Part shown: piece after piece, positions 1 to 8,102 of the stretch
Position numbering within the stretch: position 1 is the first letter of the stretch
Layout: every line of letters starts with the position of its first letter
DNA from: Bacteroidia bacterium
GTDB lineage: Bacteria > Bacteroidota > Bacteroidia > SpSt-205
Direction: 5' to 3'
DNA length: 64,000 bases
Assembly (NCBI GenBank): GCA_026003235.1
Contig: BPGW01000001.1
Coordinates: 24,224-88,223 of the forward strand
Translations under genes and position numbers: made by a program
The notes under the pieces: model-generated
Databases searched by the model: none
The model's input: the letters and a program-made list of their open reading frames with translations, nothing else
What the model was told of the DNA's origin: nothing

Positions 1-130
1 CCAGGCGAGCACGCGCTTGCTCAAAGCCTATTTGGGCCGCCAAAAGAAATACCCCATACAGCCCCAGCACAAAGAGCGCCAACACCAAGCTAAAGAGGGA
101 ATGCGTAAAAGGCAAGGTCGGCGCGCGCAC
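1..130 (-). CDS. 5' end of a membrane-protein gene running off the left edge (partial; FtsX-like permease N-terminus is only a guess)
   Basis: The frame is open from GTG at 130..128 to base 1 (43 codons: MRAPTLPFTHSLFSLVLALFVLGLYGVFLLAAQIGFEQARARL) and contains one hydrophobic helix. A TACCTTTG motif (135..142, minus) lies 4 nt upstream of the GTG. It is absent from the ORF track because it has no stop in the window. Confidence 0.35.
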   Translation of the reverse strand, partial: MRAPTLPFTHSLFSLVLALFVLGLYGVFLLAAQIGFEQARARL

Positions 131-134
131 TGCG

Positions 135-142
135 CAAAGGTA
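135..142 (-). promoter_or_regulatory. Bacteroidota -7-type promoter motif TACCTTTG, 4 nt upstream of GTG 130
   Basis: Plus strand reads CAAAGGTA, so the minus strand reads TACCTTTG (TAnnTTTG). It is divergent from the motif at 166..173. Confidence 0.45.
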
Positions 143-165
143 CAAGACAATCCTACCGGAAGCCT

Positions 166-173
166 TATCTTTG
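166..173 (+). promoter_or_regulatory. -7-type promoter motif TATCTTTG, 5 nt upstream of ATG 179
   Basis: Exact TAnnTTTG match. The spacing implies a leaderless or near-leaderless transcript for the 179..6555 gene array. Confidence 0.55.
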
Positions 174-178
174 CCTGT

Positions 179-637
179 ATGGGACGAGCCGAAGTGCTCC
201 TATTGTACGAAAGCGCCGAAGAGCGTGCCTGCTTTGAGGCAGCCCGGACCATTTTGAGCCAGATGGGCATCTCATTTCGGGAAGAGGCCCTTCCTACCAC
301 CCCCACCCTCCATGCCCTGCGGCAAAGCATAGAGTCGGTGGGACAAAGCGTGTGCGTATGGGCAGCGGGGAAAAGCGCTTACCTCTTGCCTGTTTTGGCC
401 TCTTCGCTGCTTCCTACGCAACCTTTGATTGTGATGCCTTGCCCCAGTGAAGGGGCCCCTCTGTCTTACTTAGAGACCCTTTTTGAGACGATGCGGGGGT
501 ATCCGTTGGCTTTTACTCGGCCACGCGATGCCCAAGCCGCTGCCTTGCTTGCTGTACACGCCTTGGCTTCTCGGCACCCCAGCTACGCCGACCTCCTCCA
601 AGCCTACCTGAGCAAGCGCCCCCTTCAGCCCGCCTAA
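179..637 (+). CDS. PurE-like (AIR carboxylase fold) domain protein with a degenerate catalytic motif
   Basis: From ORF 17..637, with the start moved to ATG 179 (promoter motif 5 nt upstream; the upstream part overlaps a divergent gene start). It aligns by eye to PurE (VCVWAAGKSAYLLP vs VIIAGAGGAAHLPG; MRGYPLAF...AAALLAVHAL vs MPRGIPVGT...NAALLAAQIL). The SAHR histidine motif position reads LPTT. Confidence 0.6.
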   Translation: MGRAEVLLLYESAEERACFEAARTILSQMGISFREEALPTTPTLHALRQSIESVGQSVCVWAAGKSAYLLPVLASSLLPTQPLIVMPCPSEGAPLSYLETLFETMRGYPLAFTRPRDAQAAALLAVHALASRHPSYADLLQAYLSKRPLQPA

Positions 638-640
638 TAC

Positions 641-1897
641 ATGGCTGCTTTACCCCCCGATCTCCTGGAGCTCCTCCAGCAGCTTACCCACAACTTAGCC
701 CGCTACGAAGGCGAGCACCTCTCCCTCCAGGAAAAACTCCAGGCCCTGGAACGAGAACTGCGCGACCGCAAAGCGCTCATAGATCGCTTCGCGCTGGTTA
801 GCGAAACCGACACCCGGGGCGTGATTACCTACGCCAACCCGAAATTTTGTGAGGTTTCAGGCTATTCTGTAGAAGAGCTCGTAGGAAAGCCCCATAACAT
901 CATTCGCCATCCGGACATGCCCAAAGCCGTCTTCAAAGAGCTTTGGGACACCATCAAAGCGGGCCAAATCTGGCAAGGCGAAGTCAAAAACCGGCGCAAA
1001 GATGGTTCTTCTTACTGGGTATTAGCGACGGTAGGCCCCCTTCTTGATGCCGAAGGTTACCCTTATCGGTACATCTCCATGCGGGTAGACATCACCCGCC
1101 AGAAAGAGTTAGAAGAGAAGCTTCGGCAGGAGCGCCAGCTGCTGTCGGAAGAGCTGGCTCAAAACCTCAACCTGGCCGCCACCATCCAGAAAGCCCTCCT
1201 CCCTCCCATGGAAGGGGAAGGAGGCGTGCTCATCTCTGCGCCCTATTTCGTGCTATATCGCCCTCTCCAGCAGGTAAGTGGCGACTTTTTCTGGCTGCAC
1301 GAGGAGAAGGGGCGCCTGCTGGTGTTTGTGGGCGACAGCGTAGGCCATGGCATCGCTGGGAGCCTGGTTTCAACCCTCTTTATCCAAGAGCTGCGCCATC
1401 TGGTACAAGAAAAAGGGCTCTGGAGCCCCGAGCTTCTGGCCGAGGAGCTGGATAGCCGTCTGGGACAGCTTTTTGCCCGCAAGCTCCCCCTGCCCATCAC
1501 CGTGGACGGCATGATCGCGCTGGTAGACCTCCACCGCCGCAAGCTTTCCTTCTTAGGGCTGCGGGGTAAAGGTGTGCTGGCTCGCGGAGGCACCCTTCTG
1601 CGGTTGGACAGCTTTCCCTTCAGCTTTGGCGAACTTTTGGGGCGCGCCGGCACCGAAACGACCTTGGAACTCCAGCCCGGCGATCGGCTCTACTTCTACA
1701 CCGATGGCATCCACGACCAGGAAGGCGGCCCCAAAGCCAAACGCTGGGGCAACAAAGCTTGGATGGAATACCTGCGCGACCTACAGAACCTGCCTTTGCC
1801 AGCTCAGCGCCAGGCCCTTCTGGACACCCTCCGCTCCTGGCAGGGCGATCAAGCCCAAACCGACGACATCCTCGTACTGGGCCTTGAAGTACCCTGA
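641..1897 (+). CDS. PAS-domain PP2C/SpoIIE-type serine phosphatase
   Basis: 418 aa. N-terminal coiled coil, then a PAS domain (DTRGVITYANPKFCEVSGYSVEELVGKPHNIIRHPDMP...WQGEVKNRRKDGSSYW), then a SpoIIE-type phosphatase (VSGDFFW, VGDSVGHG, FYTDGI, TDDILVLGLEV). The ATG lies 3 nt after the preceding stop. Confidence 0.85.
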   Translation: MAALPPDLLELLQQLTHNLARYEGEHLSLQEKLQALERELRDRKALIDRFALVSETDTRGVITYANPKFCEVSGYSVEELVGKPHNIIRHPDMPKAVFKELWDTIKAGQIWQGEVKNRRKDGSSYWVLATVGPLLDAEGYPYRYISMRVDITRQKELEEKLRQERQLLSEELAQNLNLAATIQKALLPPMEGEGGVLISAPYFVLYRPLQQVSGDFFWLHEEKGRLLVFVGDSVGHGIAGSLVSTLFIQELRHLVQEKGLWSPELLAEELDSRLGQLFARKLPLPITVDGMIALVDLHRRKLSFLGLRGKGVLARGGTLLRLDSFPFSFGELLGRAGTETTLELQPGDRLYFYTDGIHDQEGGPKAKRWGNKAWMEYLRDLQNLPLPAQRQALLDTLRSWQGDQAQTDDILVLGLEVP

Positions 1898-1900
1898 TCG

Positions 1901-2575
1901 GTGCTGAACCAGGGTTCTGTTTGGATAGTTACGCCTTCTTCTGTAGAGGCCGAGGCTCTTCAGGGTTTAGCTTTGCCCGCACCGCTGCACAGGACAGGGG
2001 TGGGCGCGCTGGCTACCCTGAATACCCTTTGGGAGCTGTGGCAAGAAAGTCCCGCTGCCGGCCTGCTGGTGCTGGGCATAGCCGGCAGTTACCGAAGGGA
2101 GCTTCCTCCTGGTCAGGTTGTGCGCGTGCGGTCCGAAATAGAAGGAGCGACAGGGCGTCGGTACCCGCGGCGTTTCCTCCCTACCTCCCCCGCCCTCCGA
2201 GGAAAAGTGCCCTTAGCGTGGGAAAACCCTTCCTCCCCGCCCTCCCTGGACCTGCCAGCCGTAACCGGACTGACCCTGCCCCTGGTGAGTTTGACGCCCA
2301 ACGAGGTGCGCTACTGGCGGCGGGCCTACCCCACAGCGGATATTGAGACGCAGGAAAACGCCGCGTACTTTCTCTTTGCCTGGAGCCGGCGAATTCCTCT
2401 CTTAGTGGTGCGCAGCATCTCCAATCGGGTTGGCTCGCGCCGGTGGGACAAGGACTTGGCACTCCAGGCCCTGCGTACCTTCGCTGAGCGGCATGTGGCT
2501 CCGATATGCAGGTGGCTCCTGGCAAGTGCGCCCCCTCCCCCATCGGGGCGAACGCTTGGGGGATGGGGTCTTTGA
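1901..2575 (+). CDS. mqnB: Futalosine hydrolase-like nucleosidase (PNP/UDP family)
   Basis: 224 aa with a GTG start. Motifs: GVGALATLNTL, LGIAGSY, ETQENAAYF, VVRSISNRVGSRRW. They fit the MqnB/MTA-nucleosidase fold. The MqnB-versus-Pfs assignment comes from memory of family motifs. Confidence 0.55.
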   Translation: MLNQGSVWIVTPSSVEAEALQGLALPAPLHRTGVGALATLNTLWELWQESPAAGLLVLGIAGSYRRELPPGQVVRVRSEIEGATGRRYPRRFLPTSPALRGKVPLAWENPSSPPSLDLPAVTGLTLPLVSLTPNEVRYWRRAYPTADIETQENAAYFLFAWSRRIPLLVVRSISNRVGSRRWDKDLALQALRTFAERHVAPICRWLLASAPPPPSGRTLGGWGL

Positions 2576-3323
2576 AACCCTCCATGTCCGGAAAGGGCGG
2601 TTGCTTTTTGCTGGGGCCCACCTGCAGCGCTTGAGACAAGCTTGCTTAGCCTTGGATTTGCGCCCTCCGCTTACCTTGGAAGCGCTCTTTCAGGAGGCAG
2701 CCCGGCTGGCAGAAGGTATCCCCGCTGGCCGCCTACGCCTCGTGGTGTACCGAGACGGTGCCGGTAGCTATACTCCCCCTTCCCACGAAGCCGTTATTGA
2801 GATGGGGCTCCAAGCCGAGGCGACGCATCCCTTCCCCCTCAGCCCAGCCCAGCGCCTGGTGCGGTATCCCGTGGCCTTTCTGGTCCAAACCCCTTGGAGT
2901 GCTTACAAGACTCTGAGCAGCCTCGGTTATATCCAGGCCGCTGCGTACGCCCAGGCCCAACGGTGTGGCGACGCGCTCCTCCTGTCTGTGCAAGGGCACT
3001 TAGCCGAGACCAGCCGAGCTAACCTGTTTTTCTGGGATGGAAAGAAGCTATGCACCCCCTCTTTGCGAACCGGATGCGTAGCCGGCATCCTTCGCCAGCA
3101 AGCGCTTCAGCTGGCGCGCACCCTGGGCCTCCCCACCGAAGAGGGCCTCTACCCCTACGAAGCCCTCCTGGAAGCGCAAGAAGTCTTCACCACCAACGTT
3201 ATGCAGGGCTTTACGCCCGTACTGGGCATATATGGAACGGGCGTTTCCTTTCGCACAGGTCCGGATAGCCTTGCCGCCCATCTTGCTGAGGCTTTGTCCC
3301 GCCAGCTCGCCCCTTACCTTTGA
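2493..3323 (+). CDS. Class IV aminotransferase / aminodeoxychorismate lyase-like (PabC/IlvE fold)
   Basis: From ORF 2430..3323, with the start placed at ATG 2493 (MWLRYAGGSWQV). It carries GERLGDGVFETL, the N-terminal fold-type IV motif, and SRANLFFWDG...TPSL..G.L.GI. It overlaps the preceding gene by 83 nt. Confidence 0.75.
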   Translation: MWLRYAGGSWQVRPLPHRGERLGDGVFETLHVRKGRLLFAGAHLQRLRQACLALDLRPPLTLEALFQEAARLAEGIPAGRLRLVVYRDGAGSYTPPSHEAVIEMGLQAEATHPFPLSPAQRLVRYPVAFLVQTPWSAYKTLSSLGYIQAAAYAQAQRCGDALLLSVQGHLAETSRANLFFWDGKKLCTPSLRTGCVAGILRQQALQLARTLGLPTEEGLYPYEALLEAQEVFTTNVMQGFTPVLGIYGTGVSFRTGPDSLAAHLAEALSRQLAPYL

Positions 3324-3327
3324 AGCC

Positions 3328-3666
3328 ATGCGCTGGACCCAATTCCTTGCTGGGGTATATGGCCTGGCAGGCATGGTAGGAGCTACCCTTCACGCGCATG
3401 CGATGCCGATTCCCGCCCTGGGCCAAGCAGCTTATGTGGCTCTTTTCCACACTGCACCGCTTCTTTTCCTTGCGGGACGGCTGACCAGCGTGTGGGAAAG
3501 GCTCTCAGCCAGCTTTTTCAGCTTGGGCGTGCCTCTTTTCTCGGGCAGCATCTACCTCAAGTACCTGGCCGGTTGGGAACGGGCCACCGTGGTGGCTCCC
3601 GCAGGGGGCACGCTCCTCATGATAGGCTGGCTTTTTCTGCTTGCTGCTGCCTTCCACCGCCGATAA
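3328..3666 (+). CDS. DUF423-family small membrane protein
   Basis: From ORF 3232..3666, with the start at ATG 3328 (MRWTQFLAGVYGLAGMVGATLHAH). About 112 aa with four hydrophobic helices, a size and N-terminus typical of DUF423/YwdK. Confidence 0.7.
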   Translation: MRWTQFLAGVYGLAGMVGATLHAHAMPIPALGQAAYVALFHTAPLLFLAGRLTSVWERLSASFFSLGVPLFSGSIYLKYLAGWERATVVAPAGGTLLMIGWLFLLAAAFHRR

Positions 3667-3695
3667 AGCACACCGGAAAAGCCCTATCTTGGGGG

Positions 3696-4466
3696 ATGGG
3701 ACTTTGGGCTGTATGGAGCTTTTTGTGCTGGGGGCAGTATTTGGCGCCTTCGCTGGTAGGGTTGGGAGGAGTGCAGGCGCCCCTTCAGCAGGAGCCCCTC
3801 TCCGCCAATGCGGCCGCTGCCTTCCCCGCTGCCCGCTGGTGCGCTCAGGTGGGCACAGCCCTTTACCTCCCCACCCCCGAATTAGCCTTCCGACTCGCTG
3901 GACTGGCCTACCGGTGGGATTCCCTCCAGATGACAAGCCTAATCCTCCAAGAGTGGCGCTTTGACAAGCTGAGCCAAATGGAAGCGGGCTTGGCTTACGC
4001 CTTGCGCCTGCTAAAGGGACAGGTAACGGTGGCTACCCGCGGTCGGCTGCTTCTTACTTCGTTTTCTGAGTATGGGCGGCTGGTTCGCTTCACGCCGGAC
4101 TTGGGGGTGATTTTGCAGCCTGGTCCTCGCCTTCGCCTCGGCGGCTACGGATACAACCTCCTGGGACGAGGATGGGGAGCGCTGCCGGGCCCCCTCCAGT
4201 ACGGCCTGGGCGTAGCGTATGTACCTTCTTCCCTGGCAGAAGCCTACCTTGAGCTGACGCAGGAAGGCGCCCACCCCCTGCAGGTTCAGAGCGGCTTTAG
4301 CTACCAGATCCATCCTCTTTTGCGTCTGCGAGCCGGAGCGGGATGGCCAGTCCTCACCCTCGGCGCAGGCCTACGCCTGAGCTATCGTCGCCTGGGGCTG
4401 GATATGGCTTACCGGTACCAGCCTCATGTAGGCAGTTGGGCCGCGCTGGGTATAGCCTACCCGTAA
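3696..4466 (+). CDS. Hypothetical protein, probably an outer-membrane beta-barrel
   Basis: From ORF 3492..4466, with the start at ATG 3696 after the DUF423 stop. It has a signal-like N-terminus (MGLWAVWSFLCWGQ) and alternating hydrophobic/aromatic strands (LRLGGYGYNL, GLGVAYV, GFSYQI, LGLDMAYRYQ). The C-terminus is ALGIAYP. Confidence 0.45.
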   Translation: MGLWAVWSFLCWGQYLAPSLVGLGGVQAPLQQEPLSANAAAAFPAARWCAQVGTALYLPTPELAFRLAGLAYRWDSLQMTSLILQEWRFDKLSQMEAGLAYALRLLKGQVTVATRGRLLLTSFSEYGRLVRFTPDLGVILQPGPRLRLGGYGYNLLGRGWGALPGPLQYGLGVAYVPSSLAEAYLELTQEGAHPLQVQSGFSYQIHPLLRLRAGAGWPVLTLGAGLRLSYRRLGLDMAYRYQPHVGSWAALGIAYP

Positions 4467-4470
4467 GGAC

Positions 4471-6555
4471 ATGAGAAGGACCCTTTGGATAGGGCTGGGC
4501 TGGATGCTGGTATGGGGGCAGATTCTGCCGGATACCACCGACGCCAGCCGCCTGGAGCTTCAGCTTGAGGACCAAGCTGAAGCTACCCCCGAAGGCCTTG
4601 ATTGGACCCAGCTTAGCGACGTGCTGGAAAACCTGGCCCGCCACCCTTTAGACCTCAACCGAGCTCCCGACGAAGCCCTCCTCCAAGTGCCCGGCATGAC
4701 TCCCACCCTCCTGAAAGCCCTCCGTGCCCATCAGGCCCGATATGGTCCACTTCTCTCCTTGTACGAACTGCAAGCGGTGCCAGGCTTTACCGAACAGGCG
4801 TTTCGGCTCATGGCCCCCTTCATCACCGTACGGCCAGCTACCGAACTGGACTTCGGGGAAGGACCTACCCAGCGACCTTCATGGCGCCAAATTCGGCAAG
4901 CTGTCCGCCTGAGCTGTATCCAGCGCCTACAGCGAACTTTCACCGACACTTGGGAAGGCGGCGCCTGGTACCCTGACACCCTGCCCAACGCCCAAGGCGA
5001 CCCTTATCGCCTCTACACTCGTCTCTGGCTCAAAGCTACCCCTTACCTCTCGGTAGCCCTCATAGGGGAAAAAGACGCTTACGAACCCCTTGCCTGGGAC
5101 CCCACCCGTCGCTACTACGGCTATGACTTTGTCAGCTACCACATAGCGCTAAGCGGTCTGGGAGAAGTGCGCCAGCTCCTTTTGGGCGATTATATCCTGC
5201 AGGTAGGGCAAGGGCTGGTCTTTGCACGGGGGCTGGGCTTTGGCAAAGGCGGGGACCCCATTCTGACCCTCAAGCAGCCCTCCTACGGTTTGGTGCCGTA
5301 CTCTTCTGTAAACGAATACCAGTTCTGGCGAGGGGCTGCCCTGCAACTGCGCCTCTCCGAACGCTGGGACCTCCTTGCCATGGCTTCGCGTCTGCGGCAG
5401 GACGGCACGCCGGCTATCCAGTTTCCCGACAGCTTAGCCGAACCCCAGCAAGAAATCCGTACGCTGCTCACATCCGGCCTTCATCGCACCCCTTCCGAAC
5501 TGGCACGCCGAAAAAACCTCCTTCATGAAGCTGCGGGGGGCGTCCTCACCTGGCGCAGGCGATGGCACCAAGCCGGCTTCACCTTGCTCTACCAGCGCTT
5601 CACACCGCCGTTAGCCCTGGCTGGGCCCGAACCTTACAAACTTTTCGGCTTCCAGGGCACGGAAAACCTACTGGCCAGCGGCTTCTGGGACTTCACAGCT
5701 GGGAACCTCAACCTTTTCGGTGAAGCAGCCTTCAGCCGTTCTGGAGGCAAGGCCCTCACAGCCTCCCTAATCGCCCCTCTGCACCCTACCCTGGATATAG
5801 CCCTGCAGCTGCGCCACTTTGACCCGACCTTTCATTCGCTGTACGGGTATTCGTTTGCTGAGCGGCCCTTTGCCCTCAACAATGAGCAAGGTTTCTACTT
5901 AGGGGTTCGTGTGCGTCCTTCTCCTCGGTGGGAAATCGCCGGCTTTCAGGACCTGTATGCCTTTCCCTGGTATCGTTATCGGGCCAGCAGCCCGACCACG
6001 GGCTATGAAAGCCTTTTCCAAGTCACTTACACGATACGCCGGCGGCTGCAGGTCTATGCGCGCCTGCGCTACGAATCTAAACCTTACAACCTCACCCAAG
6101 ACTACGCTCCCGCCGAAGTGATTTACCGCCTTGTGCCTCACACCCGCTATTACGTGCGCCTCCATGGAACCTACGAGCTGCCCCCACACTGGCGCTACCA
6201 AGCCCGAGCAGAAATGAGCTTCTACCAGAGAGAAACCTCCAGCCAAGGCTACTTGCTTTACCAGGACATTCGGTGGCAACCCTCTTTTGCGGTCAGCCTC
6301 TCGCTACGATGGGTGATTTACCGTATAAGCAGTTACGATGCCCGCATCTACACTTACGAAGCGATGCCTCCCACGACTTTCTACATACCGGCCTACTACG
6401 GGACAGGGCATCGGGTATACGGCCTCTTGCGTGTGCGTTTGGGCCGCAGCTGGACAGTATGGCTGCGAGCCGGCCAGAACCTCTTCCGCCCCCCTGAAAC
6501 TTCCACCTACCGCCGGCAGGTGGAACTCCTTCTTCAGCTGCGCTATCAGTACTGA
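4471..6555 (+). CDS. ComEA-like helix-hairpin-helix domain fused to a large outer-membrane beta-barrel
   Basis: 694 aa. After a signal peptide come two HhH motifs (LDLNRAPDEALLQVPGMTPTLLKALRAHQARYGPLLSLYELQAVPGFTEQAFRLMAPFI). About 550 aa of Y/W/R-rich beta-strand-like sequence follow, ending LLLQLRYQY (aromatic C-terminal beta-signal). Confidence 0.7.
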   Translation: MRRTLWIGLGWMLVWGQILPDTTDASRLELQLEDQAEATPEGLDWTQLSDVLENLARHPLDLNRAPDEALLQVPGMTPTLLKALRAHQARYGPLLSLYELQAVPGFTEQAFRLMAPFITVRPATELDFGEGPTQRPSWRQIRQAVRLSCIQRLQRTFTDTWEGGAWYPDTLPNAQGDPYRLYTRLWLKATPYLSVALIGEKDAYEPLAWDPTRRYYGYDFVSYHIALSGLGEVRQLLLGDYILQVGQGLVFARGLGFGKGGDPILTLKQPSYGLVPYSSVNEYQFWRGAALQLRLSERWDLLAMASRLRQDGTPAIQFPDSLAEPQQEIRTLLTSGLHRTPSELARRKNLLHEAAGGVLTWRRRWHQAGFTLLYQRFTPPLALAGPEPYKLFGFQGTENLLASGFWDFTAGNLNLFGEAAFSRSGGKALTASLIAPLHPTLDIALQLRHFDPTFHSLYGYSFAERPFALNNEQGFYLGVRVRPSPRWEIAGFQDLYAFPWYRYRASSPTTGYESLFQVTYTIRRRLQVYARLRYESKPYNLTQDYAPAEVIYRLVPHTRYYVRLHGTYELPPHWRYQARAEMSFYQRETSSQGYLLYQDIRWQPSFAVSLSLRWVIYRISSYDARIYTYEAMPPTTFYIPAYYGTGHRVYGLLRVRLGRSWTVWLRAGQNLFRPPETSTYRRQVELLLQLRYQY

Positions 6556-6556
6556 G

Positions 6557-7912
6557 TCAGTCAGGGAAAAGCTTGCCCGGATTGAGCAGGCCTTTGGGAT
6601 CAAACACTCGTTTGAGCGCTTTCATGAGCGCTATTTCGTCGGCCGAGAACTGCAACGGCATGTAGCGGCGCTGGACCCACCCAATGCCGTGTTCGCCAGA
6701 GAGCGCCCCCCCTTGCGCCACCACGAACTGGAAGAGTTCCTCCACCGCCCGGGGCACTTCCTCTTGCCAGACCTGGAGCGGAAGGTTCTCCCGCAGGATA
6801 TTCACATGGAGGTTGCCGTCACCGACATGACCATAACAGACCGAACGAAAGCCATATCGCCTGCCAAGTTCTTTGACCTTGCGCAGGAGGGCCGGCAAGG
6901 CTGTACGGGGCACCACCGTGTCCTCCTCTTTGTAAGGGCCGCTGGTTTTGACCGCCACCCCCAGCGAACGGCGCAGCCGCCACAACAGCTCCCGTTCTTC
7001 GTGGGTCTGAGCGTACCAGCTCTTTTGCGCTCCCGCAGCGAAGGCCGCTTCTTCTATTTGCAAGGCCTCCGCTTCCAAGGCATCGGGATGGTTACCGTCT
7101 ATTTCTACCAGCAAGAGCCCTCCTAAGGTATCGGCCTCCGGATAGAGCGTTTGGCCGAGGTACGCCTGCCCAAAGAGCACCGCTTCCCGCTCCATGAATT
7201 CTATGGCGGCTGGAAGGAAGCCCAGGTGGAAAATCCGGACGACCGCTTCCACGGCCGACTCCGCTTCAGGAAACCCCAGCAGAAGCGTACGCACATGGCG
7301 AGGCTTGGGCAGCAGCTTGAAAACCGCCGTATGAATGACCGCCAAGGTTCCTTCACTGCCCACGAGGAACTGGGTGAGGTTGTAGCCGGTAGAGTTTTTA
7401 AGGGTGCGGCTGCCGGTGCGCAGGGGTCGCCCGTCAGGGAGAAACGCTTCAAGGCCCAGTACGTATTCCCGGGTGGTGCCGTATTTGACGGCCCGAACGC
7501 CCCCTGCGTTATGGGCAATATTCCCGCCCAGGGTACAACTGCCCCGGCTGGACGGGTCTGGCGGGTAAAAAAGCCCTACTGCCTCAACAGCCTCATGAAG
7601 CCGTTGGGTAATGACCCCTGCTTGTGCAATAGCTACCAGGTTGCGGGTATCTATCGCAAGAATGCGGTCCAGCTTCTCCATGGAGAACACCCATCCGCCC
7701 TGCACAGGAAGCATACCGCCACTGAGCCCCGTACGCCCCCCTGCGGGGATAATGGGAATATCCCGCTCGTAAGCGTAGGCTAAAAGGGCTTGAAGGTGAG
7801 CCGGGTCTTCAGGAAAAGCCACGGCATCTGGGAGAAAGCGAAGGTCCTCTGTCCAATCATGGCTGTATCGCTCACGCAGCTCTGGAGACGTCTCCACGCC
7901 TCTGGGTAGCAT
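6557..7912 (-). CDS. FAD-linked oxidase (GlcD / D-lactate dehydrogenase family)
   Basis: 451 aa. PCMH-type FAD-binding domain (IIPAGGRTGLSGG, CTLGGNIAHNAGG, LVGSEGTLAVI) and C-terminal FAD-oxidase domain (GGALSGEHGIG...DPKGLLNPGK). Confidence 0.88.
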   Translation of the reverse strand: MLPRGVETSPELRERYSHDWTEDLRFLPDAVAFPEDPAHLQALLAYAYERDIPIIPAGGRTGLSGGMLPVQGGWVFSMEKLDRILAIDTRNLVAIAQAGVITQRLHEAVEAVGLFYPPDPSSRGSCTLGGNIAHNAGGVRAVKYGTTREYVLGLEAFLPDGRPLRTGSRTLKNSTGYNLTQFLVGSEGTLAVIHTAVFKLLPKPRHVRTLLLGFPEAESAVEAVVRIFHLGFLPAAIEFMEREAVLFGQAYLGQTLYPEADTLGGLLLVEIDGNHPDALEAEALQIEEAAFAAGAQKSWYAQTHEERELLWRLRRSLGVAVKTSGPYKEEDTVVPRTALPALLRKVKELGRRYGFRSVCYGHVGDGNLHVNILRENLPLQVWQEEVPRAVEELFQFVVAQGGALSGEHGIGWVQRRYMPLQFSADEIALMKALKRVFDPKGLLNPGKLFPD

Positions 7913-7916
7913 CAGC

Positions 7917-7924
7917 TAAAGATA
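7917..7924 (-). promoter_or_regulatory. Near-match -7 motif TATCTTTA, 4 nt upstream of ATG 7912
   Basis: Plus strand reads TAAAGATA. It is one mismatch (final A instead of G) from TAnnTTTG. Confidence 0.3.
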
Positions 7925-8046
7925 GCACTCTCAGGCTAAGGGCTGAACTGCAAGGGTCCTGCTGGAGCGGGCAAACCGCAGAGGAAAGCGAGCAGGGCCC
8001 TTGCGCTGGGGAAGGGTTTGCTTGGGGCGGCTGGAGGGTAGGAAAG

Positions 8047-8083
8047 GGGGCGGCGGCGCCAGCTGAGCTGGCGCCGCCGCCCC
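8047..8083 (-). terminator. GC-rich perfect hairpin, candidate intrinsic terminator after the lipoprotein gene
   Basis: GGGGCGGCGGCGCCAGC-TGA-GCTGGCGCCGCCGCCCC: a 17-bp perfect stem starting 19 nt downstream of the stop at 8103..8105 (minus). No clear U-tract follows (CTTTCCTACCC). Confidence 0.45.
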
Positions 8084-8102
8084 GCACCACCCCCCACGCG
8101 CC

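Noticed and set aside
17-178. N-terminal 54-codon extension of the PurE-like ORF
   Set aside because: The extension is Lys/Arg/Gln-rich and non-homologous to PurE. It overlaps the divergent minus-strand gene start and both promoter-like motifs. ATG 179 has a TATCTTTG motif 5 nt upstream.
6338-7126. 262-aa plus-strand ORF. Similar long antisense ORFs occur at 10612..11259, 12308..13096, 26535..27218, 33516..34187, 39899..40576, 46641..47279 and 47331..48071.
   Set aside because: Each lies opposite a gene with strong family motifs (FAD oxidase, argS, GWxTD, queA, RNase G, AAA+, aceA). None has a motif, promoter element or sensible start context.
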